A stretch of 64,000 nucleotides of DNA from Microbotryum violaceum (lineage: Eukaryota), in contig CDLV01000005.1 in the NCBI GenBank assembly GCA_001244265.2, forward strand, positions 1,426,001 through 1,490,000, in the 5' to 3' direction. Position 1 is the first letter of the stretch; every line of letters begins with the position of its first letter. The notes under the pieces are model-generated. The model had not been told where the DNA came from. It saw nothing but the letters and a program-made list of their open reading frames with translations, and ran no database searches. Shown in pieces: positions 52,108 to 64,000 of this stretch. The position numbers and the translations under genes are program-made.

Positions 52108-52318
52108 GGTCTCTTTCTGCTTTCTTGGTTATGCTTTATTTTCATTCCCCAGTAGACGTGGTTCACGGGTCGAGCCTTTTCGCGTTTCCGGTTTATAAAG
52201 CTTGTTTGCTCAATTACTACCCATACCAGATTTACTGCTCAACCTCGCTTGTTCCCATGGATCATCGAGCATTAGATCGGAATGACTCGATGCAACGCAT
52301 TCTTCCCCGAGCTTCGTA

Positions 52319-55300
52319 TCAACGACTTTCCACCGCTCTGGCAGAAAATTTGATCACCGTCCTCATCGCCCTCTGCATCTGAACCAACCAAGGCCCAAAA
52401 TGCAAAGCTTTCTCCACCCCTCGACTCGCCTTATCCACATCTTCGTTCAGTGCGAATGCGAGACCGCTCATACCAAGACTTTGGAGCGCTCGAATACCTT
52501 CCACTTGCGCTGTGGGTGGGATCGGTGGGAGAAGGCGCAAGACGACTGGAATCGCGATGGTGGGGGAGGGGACGGTCGTCGAGTGCTTTGGATCAGAGAG
52601 AGCTGTGGGGAAGTCCGTGAGGAGTCGAGCGAGACGCGCTCGATTGGGTCGTGTCCATGGTGCGACATGGAGAACTCGACTGGTCAACCGTACAGCACCG
52701 TGAACATCACCTTGGATCAACCGACCGAGAGCGGTGAGTTTGGTCGACGCGGGTGAGTATTTGATGATGGGGTCCGAACGTTTCATTCGACTGAGCATCT
52801 CGTCCAGTGCTGGTGTGCGAGTGATGATGGAGAGAGCTTCCAGAGTGAGCTTGATGAAGAGCGGGACCGAAGATTTGGTGCTATCATGCCACGACAAACG
52901 GAATGGGTCAGTCTATTCGCAAATCCCCTTGCCAGGTAGCGAGATGAAACTTACATATCAGGTGAATCCAACAAAGCGCCCAACGCCCTTGTCTCATCCC
53001 CTCCGGCAAAATAAATTTTCGCCAACGCAGCAGCGAGGTGAACCGTCCGATCGTTCTTGTACGAATCCAAGTCGTCAATCGCTTCTTCCAAAGTCTGTTC
53101 AGCCATCGAGGTCTCTTCAAGGAAGTAGTGCGCCAGTGCCGAACCGAGCTTGCAATGAGAAAATAGGATGACGGCTTGGTCCTGCGTCAAGGCATCCTTC
53201 TCGGTTGGTCTGGCCTCGAGGTCGATGAGGGACAACGCAGCGTCGAAAGCTTCGAGGGCATCCTCGTAATTCTCACTTGCTAGTCGGACCCGCCCCAAAT
53301 TGGTCTGGGCAATAATGAACCTCCCTTCGACGCTTGCGCTCTCGTCCTCTTCGTACAACTCCTCCAACAACGCAGCAGCACGTTCAAACGACTCGCTCGC
53401 CGCTTTCCGATCACCCAAATGTTCCAAGATCAACGCATTGACGTGTAGAGCCGAAACGTCATTGGGTCGTCGTGTGAGGTATCGAGTGATGGCGAACAAA
53501 GGTGCGGTCAAATTCTTGGCGGCGTCTGGACGAGCGGGGTCGAAGCGGTCCGCTACCAAGTCTGGGTCGACCGACGTCGAACGACGATACTTCTCCAATG
53601 CATGGGAAGCGAAAGCGATATCCGCTTCGGACGTATCCGCCCCCAAGGTGAAGGCATGCTCCAAGAGGACCGAAGCTTCCAATGCATGACCGGCCATATC
53701 AGCCAAAGTCGCTTGTCCGATCCATGCGGCGGCCCATTCGGGATCGATAACCTGGGCTTTAAGGAAAGCTTGGTTCGCCAGATCGTCGTCGTTGTACACG
53801 AGGTAGAATAGGCCGAGATTCGTCCAGGCGATCGCATTCTGCGAGTTGTGCTCGATCGAGCGGATGAAGCAATGCTGGGCAAGACGACCACTGATGTCGA
53901 AAGTCAATACACCGAGGGCGTTCCAGAACGACGAATTGAAAGGTTCGTGATGGAGACCGAACTTGAGCGCTCGAATGGCTTGGTGCAGAGCAGTTTCTGG
54001 GGTAAAGCGAGGCGAGAGCTTCGACAAGTAAGGGCGGAGATTGGCGACGCTCGTTCCGAAATCTGCCCAAGCCGACCCGATTGCTGCTTCGTTATGTGTA
54101 TCGAGGACCACGCGCGCTTTATGTGCCAGCACTGCGACTCCAGCGAACAAGATCGGTGACTCGGACGATTGCGCGACGTCGAGGAACGCGGCTACGGTGA
54201 CGATGTCGATCCCATCGACTTTGGTATCGACATCCATTTCACCCGCGAGTTTGACAAGCTGAATTGCAAGGCCCTTGGAGCGTTCGAAATGAGCGCACTC
54301 GCTGATCTTGACCAAGTTGCTCGACGCCTCCCCAGCGAGCTTCCAAGCGACCCTCTTTGCACCACCTGTCTCAATGACCCGAATCGCTTGCTCCAGCGTC
54401 TCAACGAAAGATTCTTCAGCACGCGAGAGGAACCCCGTTCGGAGTTGTTCCATACCGGCGCTCAACAAGGTTTCGGCGTAAACGACTTGGACGCCGAACT
54501 CGTCTGGCCTTTCGACGAGCAAGTCTTTAAAGGTTGTGAGAGCCGGTTCGAACAAGCCCATCTCGCGTTGAACACCGCCGATCGAGAACTTGGCGAACCA
54601 GTTATCCGAATCGATGGAAAGCACTTTAGAAAATACCTTGAGCGCGGCAACATGCTTGCCTGAACCTCGGTACGCGGCACCGAGGCGAAGCCAGGTATGC
54701 ACGTCCTCGGGTTCGCCGCGAAGAGCCGTTTGAAAAGCCACGATCGCTTGCGGGTACTTTTGAGAGTTCTGAGTACACCCACGCAACGAAGACAGTTGAT
54801 TCAAGCCGATACAGGTTCAATGTCAACATCGAAAAGCCACTCACCATCTCACTGCCCCCGATAGCCTTATAAGCCCAAGCCAACTTCTTGGCCGTTGATA
54901 CACCGACAGCCGCCTTGGCCGCCGCAGCCTCGACGACTCTCCTCGCCACCTTTTCAACCAAACCCCAGTCGCCGATCTCGGCAAACTCCTCGGCCATGTA
55001 GCGGGCCGCGACTTCTTGTGACTGATCGAGCTCGAAGGCCCTTTGAAAGCATTTCAACGACCGCGACCAGTCGGGTGGTTCGATACTTCGATAATAGATA
55101 CCCAAACTCGTCCACGTGGGAGCAAAGTCGGGACAAGCCTTGATTGAATCGAGATAGGCTTGAAATGCGCGTAGGGTCAAGCTCTTGTCTTCCTCTGACA
55201 AGACCCAGTCGCATTCACCCAATCTCCACAACGCTTTGGCTCGTTCCTCGGCCTCTCGTGACGATTCACCTTCTTCAAGTCCGGGAGGTTTTTCGACTCC

Positions 55301-57695
55301 GGCCTTAGATCGAGCAGTCTCGTTCCGCCGCTGTTGTTCGAGTCGGAGCTGATACCGCGCTTCCAGTGCGATGACGGCGTCGTGCAAACCAACTCGAGCG
55401 GCGTCAAATTGCTTGGCATTGAAGAGGGACCATCCACGTTCGCTTTGAGCGGTGATACGAACGTTCTCGGTAAGCGTCGAGAAAGAGAGAACTTGATCCC
55501 AGAGATCGACGGCTTCCAACCACTTCTCCGAGCTCTGGTAGACCAACGCTTTGGCGACCAAAAGGTCGGAAAGTACGACCGCGCCGTTCTGCTTCGCTCG
55601 ACCCAAAAGCGAGTCGAGCAACCTCAAAGCCTTGACATGGTGTGTTGGGCTTGAGTGATGAACGAGAGCGATCGCCAGATGAGTCTCGAGCGTAGTACGA
55701 GAGGAAGGGAGTGCTCTACCAATTTCGGCTTCTCGTTTGCGCAGTAGGTGAAGCCCTCCTTCGCCTAGGGAAACGACGGTGGCGTAGTCTTCTTGATCAG
55801 AAAAGTACCGGATCAGCAAGAGGTGCGCAAGGATCAAGTCGTTAGACTTTTCAAGGCCGGACTGTGTGATCATGTCGCATCAGTGTGGTGTGGGCCTGAT
55901 CGATCACCTGTCTCGTCATGGACTCACCTCGGCAACTTCAGCAAATTCTTCCGCCGAGGGAGCGACAATTTTGTCCTCGTCGTTTTTGTCAAGATCGTCC
56001 GGAATGGTGGAGGCCTCGAGGTGAGCGAGATGATACCGATGTGCCACTGAGATAACAGCTGCCAATCCCGTACTGCGTCCGTCAACCAACCCAATGAGTC
56101 AGTTCAATTCCAACGAGCGCTCCCTTGGCTCATGGCAAACTCACTCTGGGAACTTGTCTTTGAATTTGTTCAACAATCTCCAATCGATCTCTTCCCAATT
56201 CCCAAATCGATCCCCCCAATCCAACTGAACTTTCCACGCCAACTCGTCTTCGACCTCAATAAGGACCATTCCTTTGGTCAATTGTTCGATCTCCCACCGT
56301 ACCGAATTCTTGACCCGGTCATCTTCCTCCTTTCTACCGGCGACATCACTCGCTTTGCCTTTGCCCGTTTCCCCCAGTTTCGAAATCGACAAATCGAGAG
56401 AAGCTTCATCGAACGACGAGGGTAAAGCGAAGAGTAAGGTCTGCCAATGCCGCAACAACTTGCCTTCGACTTGACGCCTAAGTTCTTCCCTTTCACTCGC
56501 GTCGGGGTCCTCCAGAATCACCTTGTACAAATCTGGCAGTTTAGACGAAAGCATGTATTCCCTCTCGACGAGTTTTCGTGTTTCCGAGGCGCTCAGTGAT
56601 GGACCACCAAGTCGCTGACGACGTTTCTTGATCTCGGATTCGATGAGGTTTGTTTCTTGCGCTTCGGTTAGGGAAAGAAGTTCTAGGAGGGTCGGCAGAG
56701 GTGAGAAGAGAGCCATTTGGATCGAATGATAGGTCGTAGCTGTCGGATTCGTCGGTTGAGGCGGTGGAAGGGTTTGTAGGATTGGATAGAGGGGTGAGGA
56801 AGGGAGCAAGAGCGACAGCACTTGGGCGAGCTGGGAACGGGTTTCTCCCGAAATGTCAGTCTCGTTCCTCGATTCGAGCTCAAAAGGCAAAGGAAATACC
56901 CACTTCGGCAGTCGTGCCATGTGTTCTCCGGACCTGAATCAACTTGGCCAGAGATTCTGCGCATTTTGGACCATCCTGTCTGTGAGATGGCCATGATCGA
57001 CCGCTTGAGCTTCCAGCATGGTATGGTTTCAAACCACGAGCAGCTCGAGGGAACCCACGCTTCCTGGGCTTGTTGAACGAGCTGATCCAACGCTGCGGCA
57101 TAGTCCGTCCATCGTTGTTGTTTCTCATAAAGTGAAGCCAGACCCTAGTCACAAGAATGCGTATCATCCGCTCCCAAGGGTGATCAGCTATCGACTGAAT
57201 GTCCCCGTACGATCGACACGAAAGCTGAAACTGACCTGTCGGGCCAAGAACTGCGAAGGCGCCAACTCGATCGCTTTCTGGTACTCCCCTTGAGCTTGGT
57301 CGAAGCGTTCGAGGTTCGTACATGCCAAGGCGAGGAAGACGCGACTGGTTGGAGGGTGAAGAAGACGGCGAGTAGAGGGTGAGCTCGGTGTGGGGTCGGA
57401 TGAGGAGGGAAAGGAGATGGGTGCTCACGCATTGTAGTTGCTTGGTTCGAAGCTCAGCACGATACTATTCATACATCAAGCGATGATTTTATATTTCCAT
57501 AATAAAAAGTCAAGGTAGGCGAGGCGCACCGAACAGTCGACAGCAGCGCGGGCAAAGAGAGGAGACGTAAGCATGACGTAGCCGATCTCATATCAAGCAC
57601 TGCACTCACCTCGCATGTTTCTCAACATTGGTCCAATCTTTGGCCTGTACTGCTGTCTTGAGCAGCTTTAGCTTGTCCTTGATTAGGGCCGACAT
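52319..57695 (-). CDS. SKI3: Superkiller complex TPR protein Ski3/TTC37
   Basis: MSALIKDKLKLLKTAVQAKDW, many TPRs, APTWTSLGIYY...KCFQRAFELD, WLRLGAAYRGSGKHVAALKVF and FWNALGV...LAQHCFIRS...WTNLG. Confidence 0.92.
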
Positions 57696-58064
57696 GTCGG
57701 AGGAGGGCGGAAAGCTGCGATGGCCGAAGCCGAGGTCAGGTGCGAAGAGGAGAGGGGGGGGGAAACAGGAGCGCCTCGATCGAAGCCGATTCATTCGTTT
57801 AACGTGTTACGCGGTCAAACGACGTCGTACACCACCATGAAGTATTCTCTACCGCCGCATCGAAACGGATCAGCAAAGTAGAATTATCTCCAGTCTGATA
57901 TGTAGAAGGCTATCGAGTTGTAACGGTCCATATTGGCACCAAATGGTCGTACAGGCGACCCCGACAGTCGACCACACCGTCCCATCGCGGAGGATCCCCA
58001 CTACAACACCATATTCCAACCAAACCCACTCATGTCTAGATAAAATACACCCCCAACCCATCCT

Positions 58065-59634
58065 TCAACTTCTCCTTCCTCTGTGCTCCACCCGCCCGCC
58101 TAACTCCTTCCACTGCACCTTGAAGTTTCTCACCCTCGTCCATTCGGTCTGCGACATCCCGACGTCATACCCCAACCCTTCCCACCACTTTTGACTCTCA
58201 TCCTTACCCATCACCGAGTCCTCCAACGCTTCCTCGATATCAAAGAACCGATATTCGACATCCAATCCACTCTCCAACCACCAGGTCAAACTCCTCGTTT
58301 GGCCGTAGCGCGTGGCGATGAGAATGACGTCCTTGTCGTAGTCCATTTTGAAACGCGAGTGCTTCCACCAGTCCAAGAGGGCGATGTTACCCATTTGCGA
58401 GATGTACCGCAAGGCGGCTTTGGAGTAGGGGCAGGGGAGACCCGAGTTGGCCCACCAGTCGAGGTACTCCAATGTGCCCTCTTTGGAAGCGTAGTCGAGC
58501 TACAAACAAAGTATTGGCGTCACAGAGTAGATAAAATGGATAAAAGACTCGATGGGACTCACCACTGGACCAATCTTGAGATCCAAACCCGAATTGCGCC
58601 ACCATTCCAAGCTCGCCTTTTGGCGCTGGATCGTCGCCGAGAGCAAAGCCGCCTCGGTGTAGGCTGTGGATCTCCCCCAAAAGAATTAAGTAAAGTGACT
58701 AAATCTTTCTTGAACCGCGTTCGACTACCCACATGGTGTCAACCCCGAGTCTTTCCAAAAGTCGAGAGCTGAATGCAAAGGGACCGAGCGAGTGATCAGC
58801 CTTCGGACAAAGTTTCGTCAACGTCCAAAAGGGAAAAGTATCACTCACCCGCGACTTGGCCATGACGACTCGCCTCATCCATCGACTCTGCAATCGTTGT
58901 ACTGTCCGGATCGAGACCGTACGATCCCTCCCTAGCCCACTGCAGCACGTTGACACGTCCCCACGCGCTCGCGACGACGGGTAACAAGCGACGACACTGG
59001 CCGCGCAGTTGGTGTGGATCGTGTTGGAGCAGGTATTCGAGGACGTGGATGTAGCCGAAACGGATCATGACGCGGGTGCCCCATTGGGAGAAACGGGTCG
59101 AGGCGTGCGCGATGGCGAAGCGCACTGGAGTGATCGAGGTCGAGGAGCGTAAGATCGCTTTGTCCTGTGGACGGGGGGTATAGACTTTAGTATTCTATGA
59201 GATGATGGCAAGAGGTGTCTGGACTTGCCAGCGGAGTAGCAAATTCCTGCCATGGTGCAGTCATGCTGAGACTCGGACAACGGACGCCCAACGTGGTCGC
59301 CAGTTCCCAGTCGCCGACTTGTTCGAGGAAGAGTCTGGGTGAGAGTTGAGAAGGTTCAGTCTACTACACCCTCAGAAAATGTTCGTGACCGTGGATCCAT
59401 TCGAATTGACCTGACAAGTTCCTGCGGCAACTCTACGGGACCGGAGCCCCGCGCTGACGGCGGCGGTGTCGTCATCGCGCTTCCGAGCTTCTTGCTCGTG
59501 CCGATTGTCTCCTGGTGATCGGCTTGAAGAGCGGTGGGCGCACTGGGTGGTGGTGGTGGTGACGACCTGAGTGACAGTTTCTCAGCCTGTACGAGCGTCG
59601 CCGTGGACGACTGGCCACTCGATTGGTCGTACAT
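58065..59634 (-). CDS. Ankyrin-repeat protein
   Basis: Repeats ASAWGRVNVLQWA, MDEASRHGQV, ISQMGNIALLDWWK and ATRYGQTRSLTWWLESG. Confidence 0.8.
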
Positions 59635-59685
59635 GTGGCCTCGAAGCGATCGTGTTCTTTGCTCGGTGGGAGCGGTTGCGAGACG

Positions 59686-59729
59686 GTGCTCGGTCAGTGC
59701 TCGGTCAGTGCTCGGTCAGTGCTCGGTCA
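59686..59729. repeat. Perfect 11-bp tandem repeat (GTGCTCGGTCA) x4 in a divergent promoter
   Basis: Read directly; lies between the ankyrin gene start (59634) and NMNAT (60292). Confidence 0.95.
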
Positions 59730-60291
59730 AAGGAAGCGCATCCACGGTCTAACAGTGAGGTGATTAGAGGCGGAGAGGGTCCGTGCGCGAGTCGCGCGCC
59801 TACTTCAAATGCTTCAAATCCCGATAAGCCAGCCCGGGTCCAGATCGATCTAGATCGATTAGAGGAGCTGCTGGGTCGGGCTGGGTGCAGCAGTGGAGCA
59901 GCTGCCTCCTCCTCTTCCTCTTTGACCAAGGCTCGACTCGTCCTGCTTCACCACCCCGTCTCTTTACACCACCACCTTTGAACCGAAGACACACCAAATC
60001 ATCAACGTACCTTCAACTGTTTCTCTTCGAGTGACTCGTTCTCACTTGTACAGTGCGTGCGTGGCCGTGTGGCCCCGAGCTGGTTCCAGCGCGTCGTCGT
60101 TGTCGTGAATCAGCCCGTTTCAAAACGCCGCCGTCGCCGCCTGTCGCAGCAGCAACGCATCATAGATCGATCCGCTTACCGCCGCTGCCCCGCCTGCCCG
60201 TCCAATTCGGCCGTAGCGCTCACACAGCGTCTACTACGCACCCAACTTGCTCAGGAATAGACCCTACTCCACGCCCGCCAGTCTACCCAAC

Positions 60292-61601
60292 ATGTCACTG
60301 ATGGAAGGCGCTTACTCGATGCCAACGCAACGGTTGCAACCCGTGATGGGCGCCGATCGAACCCCGCTCGTGCTCGTCGCGTGCGGATCCTTCTCCCCCT
60401 TGACGTTCTTGCATTTGCGCATGTTCGAGGTGAGTGCTACTCTTTACTTTTGGTGGGATTCTTGAGTTAAGGTGTCTGGGTCTTGTGATAGCATGGTAGG
60501 GGTTGCTGCACGGGATCGCACTGCCCCGCTTCGGTCGCCATGGGACGGTGATCGCGTGATTTGTGACACTTTCCCCCCCTCCCCTCGGTCAAATGACTCT
60601 TTGCCGGGTGTGGAAACGCGTGATTGTTTCACCGCCTCGCCATAATCCGAGTGCAAGTTTTTGAAAAACACATGCTTAACCAATTTCTAAACACTCTCCC
60701 ATTACAGATGGCCAGAGACCACGCCCATTTTCACACCAACTTTAACGTCATCGGCGGATACCTCTCCCCCGTCAACGACGCCTACGCCAAACCAGGTCTC
60801 GCCTCGGCCTTGGACCGCGTCAACATGTGCGACCTCGCCGTCAGGGACACGTCCGAATGGATCATGGTCGATCCTTGGGAAGCGCGACAACCGACCTACC
60901 TCCCCACCGCGCAGGTGTTGGATCATTTCGATCACGAGTTGAATACCATTCGAGGAGGCGCCGATTGCTTGATCGTCGATCCGGTCACGGGCTTGACCAA
61001 GGTCGAAAAGAGGAGGGTTAGGATCATGCTCCTTGCCGGGAGTGATTTGATTTTGACCATGTCCGAACCGGGCGTATGGGCCGAGAAGGATGTGAGTTTT
61101 CGTGCCGAAGGCGGGGTCAGAGATTTTTGCGCCTGAATTAACCTTTACCCCCTTATCAATCAGCTGCACCACATCCTCGGTCGTTACGGCTGCTACATCA
61201 TCGAACGCTCCGAATCCGAAATCGACAAGACCATCTTCTCCTCCTCTTCCGTGCACTCGCGATCGCCCCTCGCCTTATACAAAGACAACATCCACATGGT
61301 CGACCAACTCGTACGCAACGACGTATCGTCGACCAAGGTGCGCATGTTCTTGAGGAAGGGCATGTCGGTCGAATATTTGATACCCGGGGTCGTGATCAAG
61401 TATATTCAGAGGCATGGGCTGTATAGGGCTTCGGATAGGGTTAGGGTGGAGGCGAGTAGGAGTGGACAAGAGGTTGGTGCGGTTGGGGAGCGGGAGGGGA
61501 GGGAGAGGGAGGGAGAGGTGGAGAGGGAACGAGAGAGGGGTAGAGAGAGGGAGAGGACACGGAGAGAAGAGGATGGCTTGGCGGAGAGGAGAGATCGATG
61601 A
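60292..61601 (+). CDS. NMA1: Nicotinamide/nicotinate mononucleotide adenylyltransferase (NMNAT)
   Basis: VACGSFSPLTFLHLRMFE|MARD, GGYLSPVNDAYAKPGL, MVDPWEA, MLLAGSDLI and NDVSSTKVRMFLRKGMSVEYLIP. Confidence 0.96.
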
Positions 61602-62314
61602 GTGGGTGAACGAAGGAGGAAATTCGTTTCCTTGGTGGAAGAAGAGGAGAAGGAAGTGGGGTCCGGGGTGTCGTCAGGCTCATCCTTCATCGTCGCTCTC
61701 GTACTCGTCCTACAAGATGGTGGTCGGTTCGGGACCATGTTCCCATACAAGATCATGCGACATTTGTCGGCCCAAACTTCAACAACAACAACAACAAACA
61801 GGCGTTGCTCAACTGTGCCCTAATCGTGCCTCACCGTGTTCAATGCGCCCGCGACTTTGAACGAGCGACCACCCCCGTCCCTCTCATCATGACAACGGTC
61901 AACGTCAAGACCACCACCAAAACACGCACCCACCCAGACACATAATGGCGACGTTGCGACGCCAAGTCCAGTACGGCGTTTTCCCCCGTGACTCGGGGCG
62001 TTAGTGTATTTTTTTAGTTTCCCTTTTCAGTAATCGGTCTCATTTGCGTTGGTATGGACCTGGTAGTGATGTTGTTTCCAGACTCCATAATGCCAGTTCT
62101 CTAATTGAAGACCTTCTCTCTTACAGCTTCGTGAGAGTTAAAAGTGTTAATCGACTAGGTGTGATCGGAATTATTGGACCGAGTCGAAGTGAAGCAGGCG
62201 GGATTGCGTCACTCGGTATCAGTTTCCTCCATCCTCCTCTCTTGACTCTCATTTCATAAAACCCCGTCGGGGCGCTCCCTCCCCCCTAGCTTCCCCCTAG
62301 CTTCTCCACTAGCA

Positions 62315-63729
62315 ATGACTCCCTCCTTGGAAGACGAAGAAGATATCGATTTCGACGACCCACGATTCTTAATCGATCCCGCACCCTCCTCCTCTTCCTC
62401 CTTCGAATTAACCTACGCCGATCGTCGAAGAAAAATGATAGGAAGGGGAAGGGAGAAAGCTCGGGCTTCGAGTTTCGAGCAGAGTAAGGTTGGGAGAGCG
62501 GAGAGGGAGAGGGAGGTGAGGGAGGAAGGGTTGAGGAGGAATTTGATTAGGGAGGAGGTGGAGAGGGAGCCGGGGCAGGAGGGGAGAAGTGGGAAGGGAA
62601 GGGGGAATGTTGGGTTGAGAATGATGAAGTACGTTTCAGGACGTCAGCGGATCGGAGGGCGGTGGGAAAGCGGGTGGAATATACAAAGAAGTAGGTGAAA
62701 ACAGTCGCTGATGATCGTTTTTTGCGTGATAGGAATATGGGCTTCGAACCAGGGCAAGCCTTGGGTAAGAAACGAACGGTCGCTCAAGCCGAGTTGGAGA
62801 CGGATGCGTCACGTGCCTCCTCGGGATCGCGGTCGGGATTGGGCGAGGATGATCGACCGAAAGGATTGGGATTTCGAAATGAAGCTGGCACGGCGAATAC
62901 GGGGACCGGTGAAACGACGGGGCTAGGACAGAAGGGTGGGCATCAGCCGAGGCTGGAACCGATTGCGTTCGAGATTCGGCAGAGTGAGTGTGAAGAAGAT
63001 CTTTCTCTCTCTTCCGACCTTGAACATGCTTCACCTAATTCGTTCGCTGAAAATTCTTGACGAAACGATCCATAAAAAGAACGAACCGGCCTCGGTATAC
63101 CCCAACCCAGTACACGACCAAACTTCTCCTTCCTCAACCTCAAGAACGGCTCCTCCACAATCGATCCCCGCCCATTGGAAAACGTCGACTCGTACCTCGC
63201 CAACGTCAAAGCCACCCTCGACTCGCGAAAAGCATTCGGTTATTTACGATCCTTGAGAAGGACACTGGAGACATTGGATAGAGGTGCTGGAGTGGAGGAT
63301 TCGGTCATGTGGAAGGATCCCGACGAGGGGGAGTGGGATGTGGACGAGGGCTCGGCTTTGGCGAAGAAGAGGATCTTGGGAAGGGAGAAGGTTTGGGCTT
63401 TGGGCGATCGGGGGGAAGAGGAGGAACGAGGGGAGGTCGGTCGCACGAAAGATGGTGGATCTTTGGGGTATGCGAGAGGACTCAATAATGTGGTCGTGGA
63501 GCTGGAGGAAGACGAAGAAGCGGGGCAAGGGGAAAAACCTGACCCTGCGGCAGTGGAAGAAGCCCGTGAACGAGCAGAGTGGATGGCACTGGATACTCGC
63601 ACACGACTGGCGTATACACTTTCGTACCTTAGGAGGGAGTATCAGTATTGCTTTTGGTGTGGGTGTAGGTATGAGGGGAAAGAGGATCTGGAGGCGAATT
63701 GTCCGGGGGAGAATGAGGAGGATCATTGA
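62315..63729 (+). CDS. G-patch domain protein, GPATCH11/CCDC75-like (DUF4187 C-terminus)
   Basis: NVGLRMMK|NMGFEPGQALGK, EPIAFEIR..RTGLG and YLRREYQYCFWCGCRYEGKEDLEANCPGENEEDH*. Confidence 0.9.
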
Positions 63730-64000
63730 ATTTGTTTTCCTTCTAGCGATGGTTAGGATCCGTGTTGTATAATTTACATGCATCGCTTCAATCGCAGATG
63801 TACATCCTGCTATTCGTCTGTTTCGAGACTTCCATCCAACGCTCTCGGCCAAAGTTCGATAGGCAGCACTTCAAGAATCTTGCTTCCTCAATGTGACGTC
63901 CGAGTACACGTCAAAGCGACGTTGTACGGTGACCTAAGAATTGGTCGGGAAATGATGTCAGCAGGCATAGTTGCTGCCATGCCCAAATGGCTAACTCACC

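Noticed and set aside
59686-59729. Short repeat arrays (also 16684 and 23517) as CRISPR or telomeric repeats
   Set aside because: No spacers or cas genes, eukaryotic context, only about four units, and interstitial position.

Overview
Gene-dense, intron-rich eukaryotic DNA with short GT-AG introns and CTGAC/CTAAC branch points. It is clearly fungal and probably a basidiomycete yeast (Pucciniomycotina/Microbotryomycetes-like; taxonomy is inference). About 20 genes can be supported. Most are housekeeping: ZCCHC10-like zinc knuckle, ARP4, Lys5/Sfp PPTase, ERB1, CWH41, RasGAP, NAD kinase, Ras-family GTPase, SLC1, EMP47-like lectin, SPO12, SKI3, ankyrin-repeat protein, NMNAT and GPATCH11-like. The window also holds a PARP-E2 fusion gene, a secreted Cys-rich protein, and an F-box/LRR-like gene with a pseudogenised paralogue. 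The most unusual part is 579-1822: a broken coding fragment folded back at both ends by two long, ~95% identical inverted repeats. Their arms differ largely at synonymous or conservative sites, making this a candidate hairpin-RNA/siRNA locus. Exon boundaries were inferred by eye and CDS coordinates span introns. No tRNA, rRNA, CRISPR array or intact transposon was recognised.
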